51,010 nucleotides of DNA from Actinomycetota bacterium. Its GTDB lineage: Bacteria > Actinomycetota > Humimicrobiia > Humimicrobiales > Humimicrobiaceae. Position 1 is the stretch's first letter, and each line of letters opens with the position of its first letter. Made by a program: the position numbers and the translations under genes. Below are positions 1 through 10,458 of this stretch, one piece after another. The DNA lies in NCBI GenBank assembly GCA_026392215.1, contig JAPLCN010000144.1, forward strand, positions 1 to 51,010. Direction: 5' to 3'. The notes under the pieces are model-generated. The model searched no databases. It had not been told where the DNA came from and saw only the letters and a program-made list of their open reading frames with translations.

Positions 1-2
1 TA

Positions 3-1250
3 AACGAAAAAGAAAAAGAAAAAGTTAAAATCGGAGGCGTTGGATCTAAAGTATTGTTTTACTTTAAGTACCTGCCGTTAAAAATATCTTTTAAGAACTC
101 TCCCGTCCCGGGTACAGACATAAATGAAAAAGATGAATACCCTGGGGTAATAAAGGGACTTAACATCAGGGAAAACAAAATTACAAGTGAAGATCCTGAT
201 ACATATGAAGGCAGCCCAGACAGGCAGAATTTGTTTAAGTTCGCAAACAAAAGCTTTAAATATTTAAGCGGGTTTTATGACGCACAAAAGGATGCAGACA
301 GGAACATAACAAGAAAAATAAAAAATGAAGCTCTTGCCGGTGTTCCTGTTGCAGATAAAAATGATGATATCAATCTGGAAATCATGGTTTTATTTATTAA
401 ACCTTCTGCAATCCTTAAAATTTCACTGGAAGATGAAGAGATTATAAGCCTTGCAGGTAATGATTTAAAGTTTAATAGCGTAAATTCTACGGGGGAAAAT
501 ATCAGCAGCAATATTGAAGCTATAGAAAAAGATGCCGGCGATATTGACAGTAAAATAAGTGATAAAAATAATGATAATAAATCAGCAAATGATTTAACAT
601 TTAAGACAATTAACATAAGGATTCCAAAAGAAAAATTCAACTACTGCCAGGATATAGTAAACAGCTGCGGCAGCATGATAAACAAGTCTTTTTATGCGAG
701 GGAAATTGGTTATGAGAGTTTTGATAAAAATACTTCTGACAAACCTGCCGAAGTTTTTGCTTTGCCGGGCTCAAGCTTTATAATAAAAAAAGAGCTTATA
801 GAAGAAGAAGGGCTTTTTGATGAAAAGTTTTTTACTTATTACGAGGATATTGATTTTTTCTGGAGAGTAAGGCTTAAGGGATGGAGATTTTTTACAGAGC
901 CCAAATCGGTTGCAAGACATTTCCATTGCGGATCAGGCGAGGAGTGGTCATATAGTTTCACTTACCATGTTTTAAGAAACAGGCTTTTAATGATATATAA
1001 ATGCAGCTGGTTCTTAGGCTTTTTAAAAAATTATTTAAGTTTTTGCGCTTCTGCATTTATTAATCTTGTTTATTTGGCTGCAGCTAAAATCAGGGGAAGA
1101 AATTCGGATAGAACAGACATTCCAATCAGACTGAAGATATTTTTTGAATTTTTTGTTTTAATGGTTTCATGTCTTGGAAAAAGAATTAAAATAAGAACAG
1201 GTACCCGTATTTCAGATAAAGAAATTAAAACATGGCAGGAAAATTTTTAA
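3..1250 (+). CDS. GT2 family glycosyltransferase, 5'-truncated by the window edge, with a large internal insertion
   Basis: The frame is open from position 3 (NEKEKEKVKIGGVGSKVL). GT2 C-terminal motifs GLFDEKFFTYYEDIDFFWR, ARHFHCGS and RNRLL are present. Confidence 0.85.
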   Translation, partial: NEKEKEKVKIGGVGSKVLFYFKYLPLKISFKNSPVPGTDINEKDEYPGVIKGLNIRENKITSEDPDTYEGSPDRQNLFKFANKSFKYLSGFYDAQKDADRNITRKIKNEALAGVPVADKNDDINLEIMVLFIKPSAILKISLEDEEIISLAGNDLKFNSVNSTGENISSNIEAIEKDAGDIDSKISDKNNDNKSANDLTFKTINIRIPKEKFNYCQDIVNSCGSMINKSFYAREIGYESFDKNTSDKPAEVFALPGSSFIIKKELIEEEGLFDEKFFTYYEDIDFFWRVRLKGWRFFTEPKSVARHFHCGSGEEWSYSFTYHVLRNRLLMIYKCSWFLGFLKNYLSFCASAFINLVYLAAAKIRGRNSDRTDIPIRLKIFFEFFVLMVSCLGKRIKIRTGTRISDKEIKTWQENF

Positions 1251-1391
1251 TGACGCTTTTTTGACGATATACCAGCATTATTTGAAGTATAAAGCATATT
1301 TTAGAATTATTTAGTTTTAAAAAATTTCATTGTTTGTCAGCCGATCTAGCTGATAATTTAATAAAGCGTAAATACTTATTAAAGGAACAAG

Positions 1392-3095
1392 TTGATGCTT
1401 AAGATAGGCATTTATGACAGGTATTTAAATACACTTGGCGGCGGGGAAAGGTACAGCTGCAAGATGGCAGAAATCCTTTCAAAAAAAATACCGGCAACGG
1501 TTGATCTGATCACAGATATTTACAGCAACCTGGAAGATGTTTCAAAAAGGCTCAATCTTGATTTAAGCAAAGTCAACCTGAAGATCTTTCCCTTTATTTC
1601 TGAAGATTATGCATCAAAGATAACAGGCAGCTATGATATTTTTATAAATGCCACTTATTTGAGCTCGCTTCCTGCAAGCGCCGGATATAATATTTATCTG
1701 TGTTATTTCCCTACATCTTTCAGCTCGGATTTTAAATTCATACACAGGTTTCTCCTACTGTTCTTCAGGCTGCCTGCAATATGGCTTTTTAAAATTGCAG
1801 ACAAAATGATTGAAAGCTCCAGCTTTATGGAAGTAAAAGAAGGCCTATATGACGTAAAAAGATTTATGTTAAAGAGAGGAAGCTGGAGTTCGGGCAGGGT
1901 TATATTTAAAGTAAAAAACTTCAGTTTAAAAAACATTTATTTCGGCAAATTAAATTTAGGCTTTAAGAATCCCCCCAGTTCTCAAATTAAGGAAATGAAC
2001 GTAACAGTAAAAGTCTTTTCAACAGGCAGGGATGGTTTTGACACTCGTGATGAAAGTGCTGATTTTGAAATGGAAAACGAAGGCAATTTATTTTTTGAAA
2101 AAAAATTCCTGCTGAAAAGTGAGGAAAAAATAAACTTTGAAATTCCTTTAACTGCAGAAAACGGCAACATGATTTTAATAACTTCTGATACATTTATCCC
2201 ATCACAGCTAAGTAAAGTTGTGGTGGATTCAAGAGAGCTTGGAGTAGTCGTATATGATAATAACAGATCAAGTGTTTTAAAAAAAATAATTCTTAAAGTG
2301 TTGGGTTTTATTCCATTATTTCTGGTTACATATCCTTCAAAACTTAAGTTTCTAAGTAGTTATCAGAAAGTTCTTTCCATTTCAAATTACTCACAGTACT
2401 GGGTTAAAAAGTTTTGGAGGAGGGAAAGCACGATTTTATTTCCACCCGTTGACATTGGAAGCTTTTACAGTAAAAAAAAGGAAAAAATAATATTAAGCGT
2501 CGGGAGGTTTTTCCCGGAGCATCACAACAAAAAACAACTTGAACTGGCACGGGTATTTATTGAGCTTTGCAGGCAGCATCCTGAAGAAATGAAGGGTTAC
2601 GAACTTGTGCTTGCAGGAGGTCTTGAAAACAGAAAAACGCATCTGGATTATGTTGATAAAATTAATGAAATTTCAAAAGGCTTCCCAATAAGGATAATGG
2701 CAAATATACCATGGAGTGATCTGGTGGAAATGTTTGCAAAGGCAGAAATTTTCTGGCATGGATCAGGCATAGGCGAAGACGAACAGAAACATCCTGAAAA
2801 ATTTGAGCATTTTGGCATAACTACTGTTGAAGCAATGGCGGCAGGCTGCATTCCGATTGTAATAAACAAGGGCGGACAGAAGGAAATTATAAGCGAAGCA
2901 AAAAACGGATATAAATTTGAAAATTTTAACGAACTTAAAGAAAAGACACTGATGGTTATTAAAAATCCCCAAAAGTTAAATGAGATAAGGGAAAATGCTA
3001 AAAAAGATTCAAGATTGTTTTCAAATGAAGTTTTTGAAAAAAACCTTCTTGAAATAATAAAAATTGTGAGTATGGCATTAAATAAAAACGTCTGA
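1392..3095 (+). CDS. GT4 family glycosyltransferase
   Basis: N-terminal LGGGERY; ILSVGRFF..KKQ; EHFGITTVEAMAAGCIPIV (the GT-B ExFG...EAMA motif). Confidence 0.9.
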   Translation: MMLKIGIYDRYLNTLGGGERYSCKMAEILSKKIPATVDLITDIYSNLEDVSKRLNLDLSKVNLKIFPFISEDYASKITGSYDIFINATYLSSLPASAGYNIYLCYFPTSFSSDFKFIHRFLLLFFRLPAIWLFKIADKMIESSSFMEVKEGLYDVKRFMLKRGSWSSGRVIFKVKNFSLKNIYFGKLNLGFKNPPSSQIKEMNVTVKVFSTGRDGFDTRDESADFEMENEGNLFFEKKFLLKSEEKINFEIPLTAENGNMILITSDTFIPSQLSKVVVDSRELGVVVYDNNRSSVLKKIILKVLGFIPLFLVTYPSKLKFLSSYQKVLSISNYSQYWVKKFWRRESTILFPPVDIGSFYSKKKEKIILSVGRFFPEHHNKKQLELARVFIELCRQHPEEMKGYELVLAGGLENRKTHLDYVDKINEISKGFPIRIMANIPWSDLVEMFAKAEIFWHGSGIGEDEQKHPEKFEHFGITTVEAMAAGCIPIVINKGGQKEIISEAKNGYKFENFNELKEKTLMVIKNPQKLNEIRENAKKDSRLFSNEVFEKNLLEIIKIVSMALNKNV

Positions 3096-3135
3096 TATAA
3101 AAAAGTAAAAATTATAAAAAATAAATTACAAATAA

Positions 3136-4125
3136 ATGGCTGATGTCAGTTTTATAATTGTTAATTACAACAGTCTGGCTTATATCAAAGACCTGTTAAA
3201 AAGCTTTGAAATTTTCAACACCAGCCGTCAAGCTCCAGATATTTATTCAAAACCTGATTCTTTAAAATCTGATACATTAAAATTTGAAATAATTATTTTT
3301 GACAATGGCTCTATTGACGGCAGCACGCAGTTTATTGAGAAAGAAGCTGAAATAAATAAAAATATTACATTAATAAAATCCAAATCAAATGTAGGGTTTT
3401 GCAGGGGATCAAATGAAGGCGCAAAAAATGCTGGCGGGAAGTATTTAATTTTTTTAAATCCGGATACAAAAATATTAAGCAGTAACCTGGAAAGTCTGAT
3501 TAATTTTTTTAAAGAAAAAGAAAAAAATGGTGAAAAGGTTGGAGTGTTGGGAGCAAAAACCATAAATATTGATGGGACTTTGCAATACAGCTGCAGATCA
3601 TTTCCTACAATTGCCAGGCAGTTTTTTGAGAGCTATTTTCTTTTTAAAATATTTAAAAAATCCAGACTTTTCGGCTCATATTTCATGACATGGTGGGACC
3701 ATGGAAATACCATGGAAGTTGACTGGGTTTCAGGCTCATTTATGTTTATGAAAAAAGAAATTTTTGATTTAACCGGAGGATTTGATGAAGAATATTTCAT
3801 GTACAGTGAGGATACTGATTTATGCTTGAGGTTAAAAAGAAAAGGATTTAAAAATTATTTTTTTACAGACTATAATATAATGCACCTTGACAGTGCCATA
3901 GCTTCAAGAAGTACGTCAACACGCGAGGTTGGAATCTGGAGAAGCAGGAGGCTTTATTTTAAGAAAAACTACAGCGAACTTTTTGCAAGGATCGTAAGTA
4001 CTATTTATTTTTTTGGGATTTTAAACAGATTGTTCTTATTTATTCTTTTATATATATTTACTCTTAATAAAAGTTCAAGAGAGAAAATAAGGTTATACTT
4101 TAATACATTAAACAATTATACTTAA
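3136..4125 (+). CDS. GT2 glycosyltransferase (WbbL/rhamnosyltransferase-like)
   Basis: IIVNYN, DNGSIDG, NVGF, FLNPD, VDWVSGSFM, FDEEYFMYSEDTDLC. Confidence 0.9.
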   Translation: MADVSFIIVNYNSLAYIKDLLKSFEIFNTSRQAPDIYSKPDSLKSDTLKFEIIIFDNGSIDGSTQFIEKEAEINKNITLIKSKSNVGFCRGSNEGAKNAGGKYLIFLNPDTKILSSNLESLINFFKEKEKNGEKVGVLGAKTINIDGTLQYSCRSFPTIARQFFESYFLFKIFKKSRLFGSYFMTWWDHGNTMEVDWVSGSFMFMKKEIFDLTGGFDEEYFMYSEDTDLCLRLKRKGFKNYFFTDYNIMHLDSAIASRSTSTREVGIWRSRRLYFKKNYSELFARIVSTIYFFGILNRLFLFILLYIFTLNKSSREKIRLYFNTLNNYT

Positions 4126-4156
4126 AACATAGAAAGATAGTAAAAGGAATTTTAAA

Positions 4157-5320
4157 TTGCTGCTGCAAAGTCCAAAAGAAAAACGATACGGGTTTATAAA
4201 AAATGTCAGCTTCATTTCTACTGTTTTTAATGAAGAAAAAACAATAGCGGGGTTTTTAAAAAGTTTTTTTGAGCAGGGTTATCTTCCGGAAGAAATGATT
4301 TTTGTTGACGGAGGATCAAAGGACAGGACTGCGGATATTTTAAGAGATTTTTTCTTAAATAAAATAAAAAGTGATTTCGGTCTTAAGTCTTCAGAAAATA
4401 GTAACGATAACTTTAAGTTAAATACTGAAAGCAGCGTAAAACTCATCAACAGTTTTGAGGTAAAGTTTTGCGGGGAAAACAACGAAAACAGCTTTAAATT
4501 ATCAGTTAAATTGCTTCAGAAAAATAATACAGGCATTTCAGAGGGAAGAAACATTGCAATAAGAAATGCCAATTGTGAAATAATATGCGCAAGTGATGCC
4601 GGCTGTGTTTTTGATAAAAACTGGGTTTATGAAATTACAAAATTCATACTCTCAAATATAAAAGCAGAAAATAATGAAAACACTGCCATGGTTTATGATG
4701 TTGCCGGCGGCTACAGCCGGCCGATTGCTATCTCCTTTATGGAAAAAATTCTGTCAATGTGCATAATGCCACAGTTAAAAGAAATAAAACCTAAAAAGTT
4801 TATGCCTTCTTCAAGAAATATAAGCTTCAGGAAATCAGCATGGGAGAAAGCCGGATGTTATCCTGAAAACCTGGATTACGGCGAAGATATGAAGTTTAAT
4901 TTTAATTTGAAAAATGAAGGATATAATATCAGGTTTAATCCGGATGCAGTTGTATTCTGGAGAATGCGCGAAAATATTATTCTGGTTTTTAAACAGTTTT
5001 TCAGATATGCAAAAGGAGATGCAAAAGGGGGAATGTATCCTTGCAGGCATCTTATCAGGTTTTTATCAGTTTTTGATTTTGCTGTTGTTCTGGTAATTTC
5101 AATAATTTTCAGCCCATGGTTTCTATTACTTTACGTTCCTTTTTTTGCAGCGTATGTTTTTAAGCCATTTTCAAGGGTAAATATCACCTTTAAGCATCAA
5201 AAAAACAGCATTGACAGATTTTTTGTAAAAATTGCTGCTCTCTTTTTTGCCCCGGCAATGCTTATTTATATAGATATTGCCAAAATGGCAGGCTATATAT
5301 TTGGTCTTGTAAAAAGATAA
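4157..5320 (+). CDS. GT2 glycosyltransferase with C-terminal membrane segments
   Basis: VFNEE, VDGGSKD, GRNIAI, SDAGC, GED, QFFRYAKGD; hydrophobic C-terminus. Confidence 0.85.
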   Translation: MLLQSPKEKRYGFIKNVSFISTVFNEEKTIAGFLKSFFEQGYLPEEMIFVDGGSKDRTADILRDFFLNKIKSDFGLKSSENSNDNFKLNTESSVKLINSFEVKFCGENNENSFKLSVKLLQKNNTGISEGRNIAIRNANCEIICASDAGCVFDKNWVYEITKFILSNIKAENNENTAMVYDVAGGYSRPIAISFMEKILSMCIMPQLKEIKPKKFMPSSRNISFRKSAWEKAGCYPENLDYGEDMKFNFNLKNEGYNIRFNPDAVVFWRMRENIILVFKQFFRYAKGDAKGGMYPCRHLIRFLSVFDFAVVLVISIIFSPWFLLLYVPFFAAYVFKPFSRVNITFKHQKNSIDRFFVKIAALFFAPAMLIYIDIAKMAGYIFGLVKR

Positions 5321-5586
5321 ATATTGTGTTAAGAATAAAATAAAGTAATATAATAATTGTTTAAATTATTTGCTGCAAATAAATTTTAATATTTACTTAT
5401 ATTATTTGTTGCATTTATTATAAATTAGTATTAATATTTTAGTTAATAAAAATTTTGTTATAATAATAATATATTTTTAAGATTTTTTGTTGTATTGTTT
5501 TATTTCAATATAAAAAATATTATTAAATTTTTATTAATATTTAGTTAACCATTTGTAATTAATATTTATTTTTAAAGGGGGATAAA

Positions 5587-5814
5587 ATGGAAAATAACGA
5601 AAAAATATCTGATATTGTTCTTAGGATAGACACTAATGATTTGAGGATTAATTTAACAAAATATTTAACCGAAAATCTGGGTGATACTATTTATATTACC
5701 AGATATAACAAACTTGTTGCAGAGCTAAGAGTTTATAATGAAGAAATAAAGAGAAAAACTGAACTAAGGCTTGCTAAGAAAATGGTTGAAGATGCTGAAA
5801 GAGAAAAAAAATAA
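5587..5814 (+). CDS. Phd/YefM-like antitoxin-fold small protein (no adjacent toxin)
   Basis: SD GGGGG before ATG; DLRINLTKYL...IYITRYNKLVAEL matches the Phd/YefM N-terminal pattern. Confidence 0.6.
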   Translation: MENNEKISDIVLRIDTNDLRINLTKYLTENLGDTIYITRYNKLVAELRVYNEEIKRKTELRLAKKMVEDAEREKK

Positions 5815-5854
5815 GACATTTATCAGCTTTTTATCGGTGATTTATTATTTATTT

Positions 5855-6787
5855 TTAAATATTTGCACAGCAGGTTTCTTCAAATCTAAATGGTATCTTA
5901 TTTGAAATCACATAATTTATAGACTCGCTTGCAGGAAAAGCAATAACATTGATTCCAACATTTAAGAGGTCAATTTCCAATTGGCCTCTTTTGTTTGTCA
6001 TGGGTTTTGCACATCCGAATGTAATAGGAACGCCCGGCATCAGATTTCTTGCAAATGATATGAGGGTTACTATTTCTTTTTCATAAGTACCTTTGCTTTT
6101 TAAAAAATCAGTTTTCATATCTGCAAGGTTTATTTCTTTTGTGAGTTTTTTTAATACAACAAATACAAGACTGTCCACTCCAATTTTTGAAACCAGGCGA
6201 ACTGCATCATATTCACTTTCAATTTTTCCATGATCAAGCCCTATTATTATATGAGGAGCGATTTTGTTTCCTGCTTTTTTCAGGTTTTCAAGAGTCACGA
6301 AGTAATCCTGGGGAGAAGCATGGGGAAGATTGTAAACCGTTTTAATTGCGTTGCTGCTGGAAATAACATTAGCAAGCACTCCGTCAATGCCGCTATCTTT
6401 TATTTCTGCAGCTTCGGTAAAGTCAACAAAACCGGCATGTGCGTAAATTTTAAGGTAAGGGTAATTGCTTTTTATTTTTTTAAGAGTGCCCAGGTAATCT
6501 CTTAGAGGAAGTTTGCCATTTTTATCAAAGCCCCCGCTGATTAAGAAACCTTTAAGTTTTCCGGTCTTTAACTTACCATATATAAAATTTTCCAGCATGG
6601 CGGAGCTTGTTAAGAAATCCATGCCCTTGAGCAGATGGGTTTTGCAATGAGGACAGTTTAACTCGCACTTTTCCCCTGTAATGCTTATATTAAGGAAGCT
6701 GCCCAATGTATTTTTATAATAATCGCTTATAAAAGTCTTGGAGCCAGGGACTGCAAAAATTATTTCCTTTTTTAAATGCTTTTCCAC
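5855..6787 (-). CDS. Radical SAM protein, LipS1-type lipoyl synthase subunit
   Basis: SITGEKCELNCPHC (CX3CX2C), LISGG, PHIIIGL, FGCAKP and a terminal CC (ETCC), matching the GC(M/A)R and CC motifs of LipS1 as I recall them; next to a lipoate ligase. Confidence 0.75.
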   Translation of the reverse strand: MEKHLKKEIIFAVPGSKTFISDYYKNTLGSFLNISITGEKCELNCPHCKTHLLKGMDFLTSSAMLENFIYGKLKTGKLKGFLISGGFDKNGKLPLRDYLGTLKKIKSNYPYLKIYAHAGFVDFTEAAEIKDSGIDGVLANVISSSNAIKTVYNLPHASPQDYFVTLENLKKAGNKIAPHIIIGLDHGKIESEYDAVRLVSKIGVDSLVFVVLKKLTKEINLADMKTDFLKSKGTYEKEIVTLISFARNLMPGVPITFGCAKPMTNKRGQLEIDLLNVGINVIAFPASESINYVISNKIPFRFEETCCANI

Positions 6788-6960
6788 TCTTTTTTATGCT
6801 GGAAGATTTCAGTTTAATATTATTAAAAAATAAAGCCGCTTTTTTTTATTTCTTTCGCACTTTTTAGCAAAACTTTAGATTAAATCCCAATTTTTACGGC
6901 ACTACATTTTGTATTTTTTTATTATACACGGAGTTACTCGTCTTTTAATATCCGGCATTT

Positions 6961-8013
6961 TTAATTCTTTATTTCAAACAACAATTTTATTTGCTGCCTT
7001 ATAAGCTCTTTTTCATCTTCACCTGGCATATACGGATAATTTCTGAATGTTTCCGAAGGCCTTTCATTAGCAAGAGGCCTGTTGCACGCAGCAATATTCT
7101 TATCTTTGCCCATACACCCCGATGTCATAAAGGCAAAACCTTCCTTTATTATTTCCTCAATATCATAATCAAAACCAGAAACGACGTCATTTTCATCAAA
7201 CCTTATTTTATCCATACTTAAATTCTTTTCATTAATCAGATACCGGGCAATCTGAATTTTCCGGTACTTTAAAAGCTCCGGGGGATTTAACTTTTCAAGT
7301 GCGCTGAAAGCTTCAGGATAAAAGGAAAACAAATGTGTTTTTGCTCCACTATGATGGGCTTTATAAATTGTTTCAACCATTTCTTTTTCGGTTTCACCAA
7401 GCCCTGTTATCAGATGGATTCCAACGTTGTATCTTCCGAAAACCTCGACAGCTAAGTCAAGCACCTGCCAGTATTTTTCCCATTTATGCGGGCCTCTGAC
7501 TCCCTCTCCCCTGAATTTTTTAAAAAGTTCTTCAGTTGCAGCATCAATTGCTATTCCTGCCATGTCCGCCCCTGCATTTTTTAATTCTGACAGCTGATCT
7601 TTACTGTATATTAATGTGGGGGTAAGAAGAACGCTTACAGGGTGCGGCAAATTTTCTCTTATTTTTTTTATAATTGTAAGGCAGTCATTAACGGCATTTG
7701 AATTGGTTACCATTGAAACGCAAATGCGCTCAAAACATCCGGCATTTACTACGGTTCTTTTAATAATTTCATCAAGAAGATATATGGGCCATTTAACCCT
7801 GATAAAAGTTCTCACTTTTTTCTTTACGGAGCCATTTGACTGATCCTGCTGGCTTGACAAACCGCAATAAGCACATCTTCCAATGCATTTTTTATCATAA
7901 ACAAGGAGAAGGTTCAGGCCTGTAAGTTTTACTTTTTCCTTAAAACTTCCGGATTCAAGCCCTAAAGTTATTGCTGCTGCAAGGCTTGTCTGAATATATT
8001 TCGGGCTGTTCAT
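6961..8013 (-). CDS. Radical SAM protein, LipS2-type lipoyl synthase subunit
   Basis: CIGRCAYC (CX3CX2C), HLITGLGETE, C-terminal TSGC...ACNRP resembling the LipS2 TxGCPxC(N/D)RP motif. Confidence 0.75.
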   Translation of the reverse strand: MNSPKYIQTSLAAAITLGLESGSFKEKVKLTGLNLLLVYDKKCIGRCAYCGLSSQQDQSNGSVKKKVRTFIRVKWPIYLLDEIIKRTVVNAGCFERICVSMVTNSNAVNDCLTIIKKIRENLPHPVSVLLTPTLIYSKDQLSELKNAGADMAGIAIDAATEELFKKFRGEGVRGPHKWEKYWQVLDLAVEVFGRYNVGIHLITGLGETEKEMVETIYKAHHSGAKTHLFSFYPEAFSALEKLNPPELLKYRKIQIARYLINEKNLSMDKIRFDENDVVSGFDYDIEEIIKEGFAFMTSGCMGKDKNIAACNRPLANERPSETFRNYPYMPGEDEKELIRQQIKLLFEIKN

Positions 8014-8137
8014 ATTTTTATTGTTCTTGATTTAATCAATTTCATTCAATAATATTAGTAATAGAAATAATACATATATTTAAAATCGGCAATAATTATA
8101 ACAAGTCAGGAATTAAAATACTTAAAAATGATAAAAA

Positions 8138-8422
8138 ATGAAAAATCTTTCAGAAATTAAAGAAATATTGTCTGAGCACAAGGCAGATATCAAAATAAAA
8201 TATAATATTAAAGAGATTAGTATATTCGGTTCTTACGTGAAAAAAAAACAAAAAAGGACTAGCGATGTCGATATTTTAGTGGACTTTGAAAAACCGGTTA
8301 GCCTTCTTCAGATTGTTTCGCTTGAGAATTATCTTACTGACATCCTCGGCGTTAAAGCTGATGTTGTTCCAAAAAAGAATATAAGGAAAGAATTAAAAGA
8401 ATCCATTTTAAGGTTTTGTTAG
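8138..8422 (+). CDS. Minimal nucleotidyltransferase (MNT/MntA-like); C-terminus possibly clipped, no HEPN partner
   Basis: IFGSY...SDVDILVDF nucleotidyltransferase motif in a 94-aa protein. Confidence 0.8.
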   Translation: MKNLSEIKEILSEHKADIKIKYNIKEISIFGSYVKKKQKRTSDVDILVDFEKPVSLLQIVSLENYLTDILGVKADVVPKKNIRKELKESILRFC

Positions 8423-8605
8423 AAATAGAAAAAAATTTTTTATAATTATTTTTTACAATAGCTTAGTTTAGCGAAATAATTATTCTTAACAAAATTCCAG
8501 TACCGAAAATCCAGGATTACTTATCCTTTGCCAGTTTATTTTTGCTTGTCAAAAATCATGCTGCTTATGATAATAACAGCATTAAATAAAAGGGAATGGG
8601 TAAAT

Positions 8606-10165
8606 TTGGAAAAAGACAGAATTTTTAGAGTGATAGATACCGGAGAGCTTAGTGCTGCAGAGAACATGGCTCTTGACAGCATAATTCTTGAACTACGGGA
8701 AGAAAAGATTGTGCCTAATACTATAAGGTTTTTAAGCTTTAATCCTCATAGTGCACTTATCGGGCAGTTTCAAACTGTTGCAAAGGAGATACGGACTGAT
8801 TTTTGCAGGGAAAACGGAATTGATGTTAATAGAAGAATAACCGGCGGAGGCGCATTATACTGGGATACAAAAGATGTAGGCTGGGAAATTTTTGCAGCAA
8901 GGGAAGGAATTTTTAAAGTTAAAAATATAGAAAATTTTTATAAGATGTTCTGTAATGCAGCTTCAGACGGAATAAACAGGCTTGGAATAAATTCAAGCTT
9001 CAGACCCAGAAATGATATAGAAGTTGGGGGAAGAAAAATTTCCGGTTCAGGTGGAACTTCAATAAGTGAAGCATTCATGTTCCAGGGTACTTTACTGGTT
9101 GATTTAAATATTGAAATGATGCTTAGAGCTTTAAGGATACCGGTTGAAAAATTAAAATACAAGGAAGTCAATTCTTTAAGGGACAGAATCACCTGGCTTT
9201 CAAGAGAACTTGGATACTGCCCTTCAAGGAAAGAAATAATTGAAAAAATGCTGGAAGGATTTGCAGGCTCATTGGGATTTGATTTTTATTGGGGAGAGCT
9301 TTCAGATATTGAAAAGAAAAAGCTTGCAAAAAAACTGCCATATTTCAAGAGCAAGCTTTATGTAAATAAGATTAAGGATAAAAAAAGTTATTATTTTTTA
9401 ACTTCATTTTCCAGATCCCATAAGAAAGTAATAAAGTGCAGCGCCAATATGGATATAAAGAGGAAAGTAATAAGAAGCCTTTATTTCAGCGGTGACTACT
9501 TTCTTTATCCGGGAAGGGTTTTAAATGATATGGAGGCAAGGCTGAAAAATATCCCGGCAGACAAGGATATTTTTAAAAAAGAAATACACAATTTTTTTAA
9601 AAGCTATCCTGTTAAAATTGAAGGAATCAGTGAAAGAGATATTTCTGAAGTCGTAAATATCTGCATTGATAAGATCGGTTTTAAAAAATACAGGATACCC
9701 CTTAAATATTTTAATGATATTTACCTGATAAAAAGTGAATTTTCTGATAAGGACAGGATTGAAGTATTTCTGCTGCCATATTGTTCAAAATTGCCTGAAT
9801 GCAGGTTCAGAAAGAAAAATGGCTGCAGCATTTGCGGAAAGTGCTCAACCGGAAATGCAATAGACATTGCTAAAAAGTATAATATAAAAACCAAAACCAT
9901 ATTAAGTTATGGAAATTTAAAAGATACATTGCGTGAGCTAAAAAAAAGCGGTGTAAAATATTTTGGCGGAAGCTGCTGTGAAGCATTTTATATCAAGCAC
10001 AAGGATGATTTTGACAGGATAGGACTGGGCGGCATATTGTTAAATATTGAAAACAAAACCTGCTATGATCTGGGAAGGGAAGCCGTTGCCCATGAAGGCA
10101 AATTTGAAGGCTTCACTGACCTTAAGCTTGATTTGCTTGAAAGAGTATTTAAAATATTAACCTGA
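8606..10165 (+). CDS. Lipoate:protein ligase (LplA-like catalytic + accessory domain) fused to a Cys-rich DUF116-like domain
   Basis: NMALD, RRITGGGA, RPRNDIEVGGRKISGSG, FQGTLL; C-terminal LLPYC..C..GCSICGKC..SCCE. Probable start TTG 8606 (the ORF track opens at 8528). Confidence 0.85.
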   Translation: MEKDRIFRVIDTGELSAAENMALDSIILELREEKIVPNTIRFLSFNPHSALIGQFQTVAKEIRTDFCRENGIDVNRRITGGGALYWDTKDVGWEIFAAREGIFKVKNIENFYKMFCNAASDGINRLGINSSFRPRNDIEVGGRKISGSGGTSISEAFMFQGTLLVDLNIEMMLRALRIPVEKLKYKEVNSLRDRITWLSRELGYCPSRKEIIEKMLEGFAGSLGFDFYWGELSDIEKKKLAKKLPYFKSKLYVNKIKDKKSYYFLTSFSRSHKKVIKCSANMDIKRKVIRSLYFSGDYFLYPGRVLNDMEARLKNIPADKDIFKKEIHNFFKSYPVKIEGISERDISEVVNICIDKIGFKKYRIPLKYFNDIYLIKSEFSDKDRIEVFLLPYCSKLPECRFRKKNGCSICGKCSTGNAIDIAKKYNIKTKTILSYGNLKDTLRELKKSGVKYFGGSCCEAFYIKHKDDFDRIGLGGILLNIENKTCYDLGREAVAHEGKFEGFTDLKLDLLERVFKILT

Positions 10166-10458
10166 AATTAATATACATATAAAGATATAGCTAGCAAACG
10201 TTTATAGCAAATTACTAAACATAACTTTTATACTTAATGCGGCAGATTAATTTGCTATAGTATTTTTGCAGAAACTTAAAATATATAAATAGTTTTTGGT
10301 GAATAATTGATCAAAAAAGCCAAACTTAAGAAAATTATAAGCACAATTTAAGTGAATCATTTGATAAGAATTGAAATTTTCACCAATAACTAAATAGTTT
10401 TATTTATTATTAATAATAATTAACCAGGCTGTTTGGGAAAATAACTAAAATTAAAATA

